A DNA stretch of 62,128 bases, counting the filler, from an uncultured Planctomycetales bacterium (GTDB taxonomy: Bacteria > Omnitrophota > Gorgyraeia > Gygaellales > Profunditerraquicolaceae): the NCBI GenBank assembly GCA_964487475.1. It is 5 parts of 4 records of this genome, joined end to end, with 100 filler letters (N's around TTAATTAATTAA, not from the genome) between each part and the next. Parts side by side here need not be neighbours in the genome. Positions count along the whole stretch, not along the records: positions 17,396 to 37,223 come from CAZAPM010000003.1; 4 more parts are not named here. One strand, 5' to 3'. Each line of letters opens with the position of its first letter. Positions within the stretch are counted from its first letter, which is position 1. Positions 18,533 through 28,689 of this stretch are shown here, piece after piece. Position numbers and translations under genes: made by a program. The notes below the pieces were generated by a model. It had not been told where the DNA came from and made no database searches. It saw only the letters and a list, made by a program, of their open reading frames with translations.

Positions 18533-19392
18533 CAGAAAGAAAAGGTACAGGAAACATCCACTCCCCGCTTGATAAAACTCGGCCGCTCCTTAGCGTAAGA
18601 AAATCCCGCGCGCAGGAGCGATCCCGGGGAAAGTTGGTACTCGAGGCCCGCAAATCCGATGTATCCGTACTGCTTGGGGGCGGGAAGCTCGACGATATCG
18701 AACAGCCGCTGCCCCAGAGCATACCCTCCGGTTACCCGAAGGGACCGGGTAATCGACCGGCGTCCTTTGAGGGTAAGGGACGCCGCGCTGTCGCGGCTCT
18801 CCGTGAAGGAACCGTTAAGCACGGCCATGATATGATCGTCCCCGAAATACTTCACTATGCCCGGGGAGACCAGATAGGTATCGTTGTGCGGATATGCGCT
18901 GTAACGGAGTGATGCCAGCCAATGCCAGGAAGCGGCCAGCGGACGCTCATACCCAAGCAGGATCCGCCTGCGGTACACATAGTCCGCATCCGATCCGAAA
19001 CCAACCTCCCCCTGCCATACGGAAAGATCATCGAACACGGCGTAGGCGCCTGCGGAATAGGTGCGGTCATCCTCGCGGAAACGTTCCCACTCCTCCATGG
19101 CGAGATACGGAACGATGGACCGAGCCCCGTGATAGGAAACGGTGGCGCCATGCACGCGCCAGGACCCCTTGCGGCCGGCCTGCGTCACCCAGCCGTACTC
19201 ATACGACGGAGTGACCCGCACCGCGCGCCGGGGGACATCCCTCTCAGGCGATTGCACGGGCGCCGGAGAGGAAAAGGTATTGGGGACCACGATATCCGAA
19301 GGGAAAACGACAACGGGGAAAAAGAGGGGAAACAGCACTGCCCCCGAAAGGAGCGCGGATCCGTAAAAGCGGCGCCAGCCCTTAACGGGCAC
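18532..19392 (-). CDS. YaiO-family outer-membrane beta-barrel protein
   Basis: Alternating beta strands, ERFREDD motif, C-terminal Phe; GTG start with GAGG RBS, adjacent to the HEAT gene. Confidence 0.75.
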   Translation of the reverse strand: MPVKGWRRFYGSALLSGAVLFPLFFPVVVFPSDIVVPNTFSSPAPVQSPERDVPRRAVRVTPSYEYGWVTQAGRKGSWRVHGATVSYHGARSIVPYLAMEEWERFREDDRTYSAGAYAVFDDLSVWQGEVGFGSDADYVYRRRILLGYERPLAASWHWLASLRYSAYPHNDTYLVSPGIVKYFGDDHIMAVLNGSFTESRDSAASLTLKGRRSITRSLRVTGGYALGQRLFDIVELPAPKQYGYIGFAGLEYQLSPGSLLRAGFSYAKERPSFIKRGVDVSCTFSF

Positions 19393-20701
19393 GCCTCTTC
19401 TGCCTGTCATGAGGACGATTGCCTGAACGCGGCGATGCGCCGTGTGCGTGCCCATGGCTGCCTCCGCGGCTGTCTCCGCCGCGGGACCTGCCCTGCCGGC
19501 CGCGGTCGCGGCCGCGTCCGTGCTCCGGCTCGGAGACGGCGCTCTCGTCGAATTTCTCGACGGCGAACGCCGGATGACGGGAAACCGGCAGCTGAGAACG
19601 GATAAGGCTTTCGATATCCCGGACATCCCGGCTCTGGTCCGGAGTGGCGATGGAAATAGCGTGACCTTTGAGCCCGGCACGGCCGGTACGGCCGATCCGG
19701 TGCACGTAATTCTCCGCATCGTCGGGCAGGTCGAAATTGATCACCAGCTCGATGGAGGAGACATCGATGCCCCGGGCCGCGATATCGGTAGCCACGAGCA
19801 CCCTGTACTTGCCGGCCTTGAAACCTTCCAGCGCATCGAGCCTCTGCGGCAAGGAACGGTCGGAGTGCAGCTCACAGACGCTATGCCCCATCCCCCTGAC
19901 CGCGCGGGCCATCTTATGGGCATTGTTCTTGGTGCGGCAGAACATCAGCACCGTGCCGTGGTACTGGGACAGTATCTTCGAAAGCAGCTTCTGCTTATCG
20001 TCGCGCTTGACGATGAAAAGCTCCTGAGAGACCTTCTCCGCGGTAGTGCCCGAGGGTGCGATCTCCACCTGCACGGGAAGCTTCATATGGGTCTTCGCCA
20101 TCACCATGATCTCTTTAGGCATGGTGGCGGAGAAAAGCATGGTCTGCCTGTCCTTCGGCACGAAACGCAGGATCTTGTCCAGTTGGGGGGCGAATCCCAT
20201 ATCCAGCATGCGGTCCGCCTCGTCCAGCACGAGCATCACCACCTGCTCCGGGATGAAGGTCCACCCGCTCATATGATCAAGAAGACGGCCGGGAGTGGCG
20301 ATGACCACGCGGGGATTCCGCATCATCGCCTCCACCTGCGGGTCCATGGGAGCGCCTCCGATCAGGCAGGCGATATCCATATTGAAGGCTCCGGCCAAAG
20401 GCCGGAAGGATTCGTCTATCTGGATGGCCAGTTCACGGGTAGGGGCCAGCACCAGCCCTACCCCGTCCCGCTGGGTAAGCCGCTGCACCATGGGGATGGC
20501 GAAAGAATGGGTCTTGCCGGTTCCGGTCTGGGCGATCCCGATGACATCCAGGCCTTCAATGGCGTGCGGGATCGCCTTCTGCTGGATAGGCGTAGGGACC
20601 TTGAAATTGATCTGGTCGAGTATATCGAGTATCTTGGGAGCAATTCCCAGCCCGTAAAATCCGGGCTGTGCCGGCTCCTCCTTGGTCACATGAGTATGCA
20701 T
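19382..20701 (-). CDS. DEAD-box RNA helicase (RhlE-like)
   Basis: PTPIQ, AQTGTGKT, PTRELA, TPGRL, DEAD, SAT, HRIGRTGR; RG-rich tail. Confidence 0.96.
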   Translation of the reverse strand: MHTHVTKEEPAQPGFYGLGIAPKILDILDQINFKVPTPIQQKAIPHAIEGLDVIGIAQTGTGKTHSFAIPMVQRLTQRDGVGLVLAPTRELAIQIDESFRPLAGAFNMDIACLIGGAPMDPQVEAMMRNPRVVIATPGRLLDHMSGWTFIPEQVVMLVLDEADRMLDMGFAPQLDKILRFVPKDRQTMLFSATMPKEIMVMAKTHMKLPVQVEIAPSGTTAEKVSQELFIVKRDDKQKLLSKILSQYHGTVLMFCRTKNNAHKMARAVRGMGHSVCELHSDRSLPQRLDALEGFKAGKYRVLVATDIAARGIDVSSIELVINFDLPDDAENYVHRIGRTGRAGLKGHAISIATPDQSRDVRDIESLIRSQLPVSRHPAFAVEKFDESAVSEPEHGRGRDRGRQGRSRGGDSRGGSHGHAHGASPRSGNRPHDRQKRRAR

Positions 20702-20740
20702 ACCCTATAGTGTACACCAAAGCGCCTGCAAAGAGAAGGA

Positions 20741-23700
20741 TTATGTTACCTTCGCCTCCCGGTGAGAGGCCAGCAGCATGTGATACTCCTGCAGTGAGGA
20801 AGGCGCCCGCTGCTTAAACCGCACTGCCGCTTCTATACCGTCCACCGTAGCCTGCGCCGCCGCCATGGTAGTGACATACGGTATCTTGTACTGGATGGCC
20901 AGCATGCGGATATAGCTGTCGTCGTGCACGCTGGTGCGTCCGGCAGGGGTATTGATGACCAGCTGGATATCCCGGTTCCTGATGGCGTCGGATATGTTAG
21001 GCCTGCCCTCATGCAGTTTGCTCACCAGCTCGGCCTCGATCCCGCAAGCCTTCAGGGACTTATGGGTGTTTCCCGTAGCGTATAATTTGAAACCCAGCGC
21101 GGTAAGCTTCGCCGCCACGCCCGGAAGCAGCTTTTTATCCTTGTCCGCGACGGTCACCAGCACATTGCCCTTTTCCGGGAGCTTTGTGCCCACGGCCTCC
21201 TGCGCCTTGAAGAAGGCGTAGCCGAAATCACGGTCGATGCCCATGACCTCACCGGTAGCGCGCATTTCCGGCCCCAGCACCGGATCGACCTCCGGAAACA
21301 TGTTGAAGGGGAACACCGCCTCCTTGACCGTAACATAGGGAAGCGGCCGGTGCACCAACTCCGGGAAATCGGAAAGCTTCCTGCCCAGCATCAGCATGGT
21401 CGCGATCCTGGCTACGGAGATGCCTACGGTCTTGGCCACCAGGGGCACGGTCCGGGAAGCGCGGGGGTTCGCTTCCAGCACGTATACCTCGCCGGCACAG
21501 ATCGCGAACTGGATGTTGATCAACCCGACCACCTTAAGCTCCAGGGCGATCTTGCGGGTCACCTCGTGGATCGTCCTCAACTGCTCCGGCGTGATGGAAC
21601 GGGGCGGGATGGTACACGCGGAATCACCCGAATGGATCCCCGCATGTTCGATATGCTCCATCACCGCGGCAACGAACACCTCCTTGCCGTCGCAAAGCGC
21701 ATCCACTTCGCACTCCAGGGCATTGTCCAGGAAGCGGTCCAGGAGCATGGGATACTCCGGGCTTACCTGAATGGCCTCTTTCCCGTACTTGACGAGCATT
21801 TTCTCGTCGTAGATTACCTCCATGCCGCGGCCGCCCAGCACAAAAGACGGGCGTACCATGAGCGGATACCCGATCCGGCGGGCGATCTCTACCGCCTCAT
21901 CCAGGGAAAAAGCGGTCGCTCCCTCGGTCTGGCGGATACCCATCTCCTCCATCTTCCTGCGGAAAAGCTCCCGGTCCTCGGCAAAGGCGATGCTTTGCGT
22001 GCTGGTGCCCAGGATCTTCACTCCGTGCTTCTCCAGCTCCGAGGCGATGTTCAAAGGGGTCTGGCCGCCAAATTGCACGATGGCGCCCTCGGGCTTCTCC
22101 TTCTCCCATATCGCCAGCACATCCTCGACGGTCAGGGGCTCGAAATACAGCTTGTCGGAGGTATCGTAATCGGTCGAGACCGTTTCCGGGTTGCAATTGA
22201 TCATCACCGACTCGAAGCCCATCTCGCGCAAGGCAAACGCCGCATGCACGCAGGTATAGTCGAATTCGATCCCCTGTCCGATACGGTTCGGCCCCCCTCC
22301 CAATATCAGGATCTTCCTGCCGGAAGAGACCTCTACCAGGTCCTTGCCCGGAGTATAGGTCGAGTAATAATACGCCGCATCCTTCACCCCGCTTACCGGC
22401 ACCGGCTCGAAGCGCGAATTGCCTACCAGCGCTTTCCTGCGCCGGCGGACTTCCGTTTCCTCCACCCGGAAAAGCTTTGCCAGGTAGCGGTCGGCAAATC
22501 CCCACTCCTTTGCCTGGCGCAGATCGGCGTCGGATAACGATCCCCATCCCCCCTTGACAATCCTTTCCTCGAATTCCACCAGGTCCTTAAGCTGGGAGAT
22601 GAACCACTCCCCGATATGGGTCATCTTATGCAGCGCCTCGACCCCCATCCCTTTGCGCAACCCTTCGTACATCAGGAATATCCGCTCGCTGGAGGGAAAC
22701 GCCAGCCTGTGCGCCAGCTCCTCGACCGGCAGGGTATGGAAATCCCTGGCAAACCCCGCCCCGTAGCGGCCGATCTCCAGGGAGCGCAGGGATTTCTGGA
22801 ATGCTTCCTTGAAAGTTTTGCCGATGCTCATCACCTCGCCCACGGCTTTCATCTGCGTACCCAGGACATCTTTTGCCCCGGAGAACTTCTCGAACGCCCA
22901 GCGGGCGAATTTTATGACCACATACTCACCGTACGGCTCGTATTTTTCCAGGGTGCCTTTTCTCCAGTAAGGGATCTCGTCCAGCGAGATCCCGGCTGCC
23001 AATTTCGTGGATACCCGGGCAATGGGGAATCCCGTAGCCTTGGAAGCCAGCGCCGAGGAACGGGAGGTACGGGGATTGATCTCGATGGCCACCAGCCGGT
23101 CGTCCTTCGGATTATGGGCGAACTGGATGTTGGTCCCGCCCACCACGCCTATGGCATCCACGATCTTGTAGGAGAGCTCCTGCATGCGCTTTTGCAGCGG
23201 CTGCGGGACGGTCAGCATGGGCGCCACGCAAAAACTGTCCCCTGTATGCACCCCCATGGCGTCGATGTTCTCGATGAAACAGACCGTGATCTTCCGGTCC
23301 TTCTCGTCGCGCACCACCTCCAGCTCGAGCTCCTCCCAGCCGATCACCGCCTCTTCTATGAGGATCTGGTGGATGATGCTGGCGTTGATCCCGCGGGCGG
23401 CAACGGTACGCAGCTCTTCGTTGTTATACACGATCCCGCCTCCCGTGCCACCCATGGTATACGCCGGCCGCACCACCACAGGATATCCCAGTTCATCCGC
23501 GACCTTCTGAGCTTCTTCAATGGAGTGACAGATCTCGGATCTCGGCACGGGGATCCCCAGGCTTTTCATCGTAGCCTTGAACGCCTCCCGGTCCTCTCCC
23601 CGCTCGATGGCATCGGCTTTGACCCCGATGATCTTCACCCCGTACTTCTTCAGTATCCCCTCTTTGTGCAGGCTGGAAGCGAGGTTAAGCCCGGTCTGGC

Positions 23701-23974
23701 CGCCTAAGTTCGGCAGCAGCGCATCCGGCCGCTCCTTCTCGATGATCCGGGAGACGCTTTCCACGGTCAGAGGCTCGATATAGGTATGATCGGCCATCCC
23801 AGGATCGGTCATGATCGTGGCCGGGTTGGAATTGACCAGCACGATCTCATACCCCTCCTCCCGCAGGGCCTTGCACGCCTGCGTACCGGAGTAATCGAAC
23901 TCGCATGCCTGTCCGATGATGATGGGGCCGGAGCCGATGATCATGACCTTCTTGATATCAGTACGCCTGGGCAT
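20741..23974 (-). CDS. carB: Carbamoyl-phosphate synthase large subunit
   Basis: GSGPIIIGQACEFDYSG, two ATP-grasp halves, GGGPNRIGQGIEFDY, C-terminal MGS domain. Confidence 0.98.
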   Translation of the reverse strand: MPRRTDIKKVMIIGSGPIIIGQACEFDYSGTQACKALREEGYEIVLVNSNPATIMTDPGMADHTYIEPLTVESVSRIIEKERPDALLPNLGGQTGLNLASSLHKEGILKKYGVKIIGVKADAIERGEDREAFKATMKSLGIPVPRSEICHSIEEAQKVADELGYPVVVRPAYTMGGTGGGIVYNNEELRTVAARGINASIIHQILIEEAVIGWEELELEVVRDEKDRKITVCFIENIDAMGVHTGDSFCVAPMLTVPQPLQKRMQELSYKIVDAIGVVGGTNIQFAHNPKDDRLVAIEINPRTSRSSALASKATGFPIARVSTKLAAGISLDEIPYWRKGTLEKYEPYGEYVVIKFARWAFEKFSGAKDVLGTQMKAVGEVMSIGKTFKEAFQKSLRSLEIGRYGAGFARDFHTLPVEELAHRLAFPSSERIFLMYEGLRKGMGVEALHKMTHIGEWFISQLKDLVEFEERIVKGGWGSLSDADLRQAKEWGFADRYLAKLFRVEETEVRRRRKALVGNSRFEPVPVSGVKDAAYYYSTYTPGKDLVEVSSGRKILILGGGPNRIGQGIEFDYTCVHAAFALREMGFESVMINCNPETVSTDYDTSDKLYFEPLTVEDVLAIWEKEKPEGAIVQFGGQTPLNIASELEKHGVKILGTSTQSIAFAEDRELFRRKMEEMGIRQTEGATAFSLDEAVEIARRIGYPLMVRPSFVLGGRGMEVIYDEKMLVKYGKEAIQVSPEYPMLLDRFLDNALECEVDALCDGKEVFVAAVMEHIEHAGIHSGDSACTIPPRSITPEQLRTIHEVTRKIALELKVVGLINIQFAICAGEVYVLEANPRASRTVPLVAKTVGISVARIATMLMLGRKLSDFPELVHRPLPYVTVKEAVFPFNMFPEVDPVLGPEMRATGEVMGIDRDFGYAFFKAQEAVGTKLPEKGNVLVTVADKDKKLLPGVAAKLTALGFKLYATGNTHKSLKACGIEAELVSKLHEGRPNISDAIRNRDIQLVINTPAGRTSVHDDSYIRMLAIQYKIPYVTTMAAAQATVDGIEAAVRFKQRAPSSLQEYHMLLASHREAKVT

Positions 23975-24051
23975 ATGCGCTCTCCTTATGCAGATAGTGC
24001 CTTTAATTTAGGCAACGGCCAATAAAAAATACTCCGCGCAAGGCGGAATCC

Positions 24052-27000
24052 TTAAAAGATCGTAAAATCCGCATCCGAAGTATCGGTCACGGAAGCGTCC
24101 GCGGTGTCCGTGATACGGATACGGCAATCATTACAGGTGACCGGGGGGAGGTTCCAGGAATATACTCCCGAAGCGGCGGAAACCGAAGCTTCCACCTCAA
24201 ACCAGATGCCCCCCTCTTTCTGCTCGATCTTGATGTTCGAAACCCCGCTCGAAGTCCAGGTGATATCCTGCGTCGAGCTCTGCGCCCAGTTCTCCCCCCC
24301 GTTGGGGCTGGTGACCCGCAAAGACTTAGTCGTGGAAGTGGAGGAGCTTGAGCCGGAAGAAGTCCCTCCGGCATCCTCGGTCGTGCCGGCGCCCGGCTGC
24401 ACCGGATTGCGGTCCTCATTGGCGGTACGGATCTGGTCCACGGTCGACGAGGGCAGGCCGCTCGACTGCGCGATCTCGGGAGAAAGTGTGGCGTAGATCA
24501 GGTTTCCGCGCAGGTTCTTTATCCTCATCTTCCCCTCTTCCAGCGCAAAGACCATGGTGGTGCGCCCGCTGGTGCTCTGCTGCTGTCCGGTCTTCTTGAC
24601 CGACTGCTGCTTATCCCATTTGGTGTCCGCGACGAAATACCCTCCGCTCTTCTCGATACGGTTGATGTAGATCTTCAGGCGGATATCGCTGAAAAGGTCG
24701 AAATCCATCCGCACGCCGTCTTCCAGGAACGCCTTGTTGCCCAGGAAATCATCCGACACGAGTCGGCTGAACGCGGCGAAATTCTTCGCCTCATAGGAAT
24801 CCGCCAGGTTCTTGACGGACTCTGCCACCAGCTGGGTGAAATCCATATCCCTGAACACGAGCCACTGGACGGAATGGAACACCTTGATATCCACTTCGTT
24901 GCCGTCGTCGGTCTTGACGCGCAGGATCGGCTGATACTGCTTATTGGGCAAAGGCACGAAGGAATACCGGATCTCACTGCTGAGGGGCAATTCCTTCCAG
25001 GTGCGGCCGTTATCCTCGGAAAAGAGCATGGCCCGGGCCTTATCCATCGTCGCCATCCGCGCGGTGATCTCGATACCTCCCTGGAGCAGATCGTTGCGCA
25101 TCAACACCACCTCTCCGGCAGCCTGCGCAAGAGAAACGGTGTTAAGCCGCGGATTCACCAGGGCATATCCGTACATTCCGGCCAGCTGTCCCGAATCCTT
25201 AAGCCGGCGCAGATTGTCCTCTTCTTCCTTCTTGCGCGCGGCGGCTGCGGCGGCCTTCGATTCCGCCTCCTGCTGCCGCTGATACTCCTCGGTCCTGCGC
25301 TTCTGCTCGGCAAGCCAGCTCTCGATCCCCTCGTCGACTTCTTTCTCGAACGCAAGAATATCGTCTTTAAGGACCGCATACCCGGGCGCCGCCAGATTAT
25401 GTTTCACGATAAGCTTGACCATTTTTTGCACGTTCTGCATGTTCTTAAGGGTCATGCCGCCCGCACCGCTGCGCTCTTTCTTGAACTGGTCTTTAAGCTC
25501 GTCGAGCTGTTTCTTGGCCGCATCGTACGCCTGCGTACTCTCCTTGATCGCCTGAGCCATGGCATCTTCATACACCTTGATCTTCTGCGGGATACCCTGC
25601 CAGGCCGGAAGCTTGTTGATAAAACGCTTGGGGTCGGAATCCTGCGGGTATTTATGCCCCTGGCCATAACCCCGCGCGAGATTAGCGAATTGCTCGACGC
25701 GGTACCCGTGCTTCTCCCAGGCCGCCTTCATCTCCTTCAGATAGGCGTAACCGGCCGTATCGAGCACGGTGCGCTCGTCAATACGCACTCCCGCCCCCCC
25801 CTTGTCTTCGGGCAGCGCCCGGAACTTATAGATCACCCCGGGTACCCCTTCCCCGTAATACGCGTACGGACCGAGGAACCTCTCGAGTTTCGGCCCGAGC
25901 TGATTGATGATCCCGGCAAGCTCGTCGATCTGCGCCCAGCCCTGCAAAGAGGTAATGTCTTTCTGCACCTGCTCCAGGGCTTTTTGATAAGGCTCGGAGG
26001 CATTCCCCAGATACTGATCGATCTTGTTCAGGAATTCAAGGGGCACGAGCACGCCCTGGATGCCCACATGCCCTCCCGGATATGACACATACGGGAAATC
26101 CCCCATCGCCCACACTTCTTCTCCCATGGCCGTAGGATTCCCGGAACGCGCTGCCCAGGTCAGGGAATTATTCCGGTTCTGCTCCTGGTTCCCGGAGAAA
26201 ATGGGAGGCTTATGCACCACCTGGAGTTTCGACGGAGTGATATTCAGGTATTCATTAAAACAATTCGCGACCACCTGACGGTAGCTGGAGTACAACTTGC
26301 GCTCGAACGCATCCAGCTCGTTCAGATGCGTCATATCCTCTCTTAGCTTGCGCGCCTCTTCCTCGGCCGCCGCAAGCGCGCCTGCCAAATGTCCGGGACC
26401 GGTAAAAAACTCGTACTCTCCGTCCCTAAGCTGCCGCGCCGGACCGCTGTACCCGCCGCCCAGCGAACCGCCGGTGCCGATCTGTACGCCTCCGCCGCGC
26501 CACAGGCTGGGATAATTGAGCTTGAGCAGATTCTGGCGCAATGTCTGCAAACCGATACCCAGCTCGGCGTTTGCCACCGCCAGCCTCTCGTTGATCTTTT
26601 TGTATGCCTCGGAGATGGCCCCGCCGAATTTCGCGCCTCGCTCCGCCGCTTCGATACTAAGGAGTTCCCACTCTTTTTGCAGGAGCTGCTGGTCGAGCGC
26701 CATCTTGGTGCGCGTCTCCCCCACCGCCTTGCCGAACGCCGCCTGCACCGGAGCAAAACGGTCGTTGAGCGCCTGCAGCTGCTGATTGATCGAACGGACC
26801 GCATCGTTATCCCCGCGCTTATATGCCGCATCCAGCTGGCTCTGGAGCGCCGCGAACTGCGGGCCCCAGGCATCCCACATCGTTTTACCCGCAGCCTGGA
26901 TCGCGTCCTCATTGGCCTTCACGAAACGCTCGAGCTCTTTTTTCACTGCCGGGCCGTAGTCATTGGACCATTGTTCATAGGTCGCTTTATCGAACCCGGT

Positions 27001-28206
27001 CTTGCTCGGGCCTTCCTTAACCTCGTCCAGGGCGGTCTTATATATGGTAAGCAATCCGGTGCGGTTGAGCGGCGAATACGCGATCCCGCCGCCACCCTGC
27101 ATCTGCGACTGGATGACCGACTCCTGCGTCTTCACCTCCTGCTTGCGGAGACCGTAATACTTCTGGCGGAACGCCTTGACCGGCGCGAGTATCCGCTCGG
27201 CCTCGTCGACCGCCTGCTTGGCGGCAGCCTGCAATGCCTGCGCTTTTTGCTCGGCCTCCTGCTTGTATTTTTCCATATATTGCTGGATCTCGCGCTCCTT
27301 CGCCTCCTCCTCCTTGATCTTCACCAGGAGCTCTCCGCGCAAAGACACCAGCGCCGACTGCAGGCGCGATTTCATCTCTTCATCGCCCTTATCCGTGCCC
27401 TGGCCCTGCCAGAGGTACCCGAACGCCATACCGTCATTCCACTTGCCGTCGATATCCGCCTTGATCGCCTGAGGTGACTGCTTGATCAGCCAATCGGCAA
27501 GGCCGGCGGGATTGGACTTAAGCCCGTACATGTTCTCGAGCATGCCCTGGATTGCGGTATCGGTCGCATAGGAGAGCACGTAATTGCCCAGCGCCTCGAC
27601 CATCTTCGCCCCGAACTTAACCCATCCCCAGCCGGGGATATACGCTTCGGCCAGCAGGTCGCAGACGCTGCCGCTGATCGATTTCGCGGCCGCCACGGCA
27701 TCCCCGCTGGAATAGGCCTCGTACGCTCCCCAGCCGATCTCCGCGGCCTTCCAGCCGGCGTCGAACATACGCATCTTGGTGTCGACGTTCGAGGCGATCG
27801 AGGTCTCGATCTTCCCCCAATCCGGCGCCGTTCCCATGACAATGGCATTGCGTAACTGCGGCACGCCGATCTCCTGGAACGCGCGCGCCCGCACGGCGGC
27901 CTGGGTATACTCCTTGACCTTATCCTTGATCTGGTCCTTGAACTTCTCCCCCACCTTCTCCTTGACCCGGCTGTCGACATTGCTCATGAGAAAATCGATC
28001 TTCTGCTGCGGGGTCATGTTCCGCATGGCCTGGACGTCCTTGACGAAATCCGGCAGGCTGTCCAGTACCTGGGAGGCGGCTTTCTGGGAAAGGGATTCAT
28101 CCTCGGCGGAACAGACGCGGACAAGACTGCTGAAGGGAGCGCACAGTACAAGATTAAGGAAACACGCGGCAAGGAAAGAACGCATCAGGCACCTCGGGTT
28201 TTTCAT
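24052..28206 (-). CDS. Large (1384 aa) secreted multidomain protein: helical/coiled-coil body, NTF2-like domain, Ser/Thr linker, C-terminal Ig-like 'VTSPNGGE' domain
   Basis: Signal peptide; long heptad-rich stretches; LRVTSPNGGENW...ITW...YSW...CRIRI...DTSDADFTI terminal domain. Confidence 0.85.
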   Translation of the reverse strand: MKNPRCLMRSFLAACFLNLVLCAPFSSLVRVCSAEDESLSQKAASQVLDSLPDFVKDVQAMRNMTPQQKIDFLMSNVDSRVKEKVGEKFKDQIKDKVKEYTQAAVRARAFQEIGVPQLRNAIVMGTAPDWGKIETSIASNVDTKMRMFDAGWKAAEIGWGAYEAYSSGDAVAAAKSISGSVCDLLAEAYIPGWGWVKFGAKMVEALGNYVLSYATDTAIQGMLENMYGLKSNPAGLADWLIKQSPQAIKADIDGKWNDGMAFGYLWQGQGTDKGDEEMKSRLQSALVSLRGELLVKIKEEEAKEREIQQYMEKYKQEAEQKAQALQAAAKQAVDEAERILAPVKAFRQKYYGLRKQEVKTQESVIQSQMQGGGGIAYSPLNRTGLLTIYKTALDEVKEGPSKTGFDKATYEQWSNDYGPAVKKELERFVKANEDAIQAAGKTMWDAWGPQFAALQSQLDAAYKRGDNDAVRSINQQLQALNDRFAPVQAAFGKAVGETRTKMALDQQLLQKEWELLSIEAAERGAKFGGAISEAYKKINERLAVANAELGIGLQTLRQNLLKLNYPSLWRGGGVQIGTGGSLGGGYSGPARQLRDGEYEFFTGPGHLAGALAAAEEEARKLREDMTHLNELDAFERKLYSSYRQVVANCFNEYLNITPSKLQVVHKPPIFSGNQEQNRNNSLTWAARSGNPTAMGEEVWAMGDFPYVSYPGGHVGIQGVLVPLEFLNKIDQYLGNASEPYQKALEQVQKDITSLQGWAQIDELAGIINQLGPKLERFLGPYAYYGEGVPGVIYKFRALPEDKGGAGVRIDERTVLDTAGYAYLKEMKAAWEKHGYRVEQFANLARGYGQGHKYPQDSDPKRFINKLPAWQGIPQKIKVYEDAMAQAIKESTQAYDAAKKQLDELKDQFKKERSGAGGMTLKNMQNVQKMVKLIVKHNLAAPGYAVLKDDILAFEKEVDEGIESWLAEQKRRTEEYQRQQEAESKAAAAAARKKEEEDNLRRLKDSGQLAGMYGYALVNPRLNTVSLAQAAGEVVLMRNDLLQGGIEITARMATMDKARAMLFSEDNGRTWKELPLSSEIRYSFVPLPNKQYQPILRVKTDDGNEVDIKVFHSVQWLVFRDMDFTQLVAESVKNLADSYEAKNFAAFSRLVSDDFLGNKAFLEDGVRMDFDLFSDIRLKIYINRIEKSGGYFVADTKWDKQQSVKKTGQQQSTSGRTTMVFALEEGKMRIKNLRGNLIYATLSPEIAQSSGLPSSTVDQIRTANEDRNPVQPGAGTTEDAGGTSSGSSSSTSTTKSLRVTSPNGGENWAQSSTQDITWTSSGVSNIKIEQKEGGIWFEVEASVSAASGVYSWNLPPVTCNDCRIRITDTADASVTDTSDADFTIF

Positions 28207-28239
28207 GGTTTAGATCGGTCCGGTCAGACGGGACGCCGG

Positions 28240-28689
28240 CTAGAAAGGGCTCTCGCCGGTCACACGCAATAAAAGCCACCTGTCATCCTGTTTCCTGAAC
28301 ACCAACGTCGCCGCGCCGCGGGAGTTGACCGGCGCGGTGTTGCCGAACGGCTGCACGGTCTTGTCCCACGCGATCCTGACCGTCAGCGTATTTTTCTTCA
28401 GCAGCGCCCGCTGTAAAGAATACTCCAGCCCCAGGATCACCCCGCTATAGGCGTTACGCTGCGCCCGGTCGAGGAATTCCTGACGCGAAGGAGAGAACTG
28501 GAAGGAAAGCTCCTGCTCGAACGCGCTGCGGGAAAAGCTCTTGTAACGGACGAAAAGGTCATCCACCAGCTGACGGCCGAGCACGACCGCGTCCGATCCC
28601 GCGCTCGTTCCCCGGGATGAGGCCGCATACGCCGGCGCGACCGACGAGACGCACACGCATAACGATACCAGCAACGCCTTAAAACGCAA
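28240..28689 (-). CDS. Secreted NTF2/SnoaL-like protein
   Basis: Signal peptide ending PAYA; alpha-alpha-beta pattern ending LVFRKQDDRWLL. Confidence 0.72.
   Translation of the reverse strand: MRFKALLVSLCVCVSSVAPAYAASSRGTSAGSDAVVLGRQLVDDLFVRYKSFSRSAFEQELSFQFSPSRQEFLDRAQRNAYSGVILGLEYSLQRALLKKNTLTVRIAWDKTVQPFGNTAPVNSRGAATLVFRKQDDRWLLLRVTGESPF

Noticed and set aside
19393..19719. Long N-terminal extension of the YaiO ORF
   Set aside because: It overlaps the helicase C-terminus in another frame; GTG 19392 with an RBS gives a plausible signal peptide.
20741..23974. carB without adjacent carA
   Set aside because: Split carA/carB loci are common, so this is not informative in a fragmented assembly.
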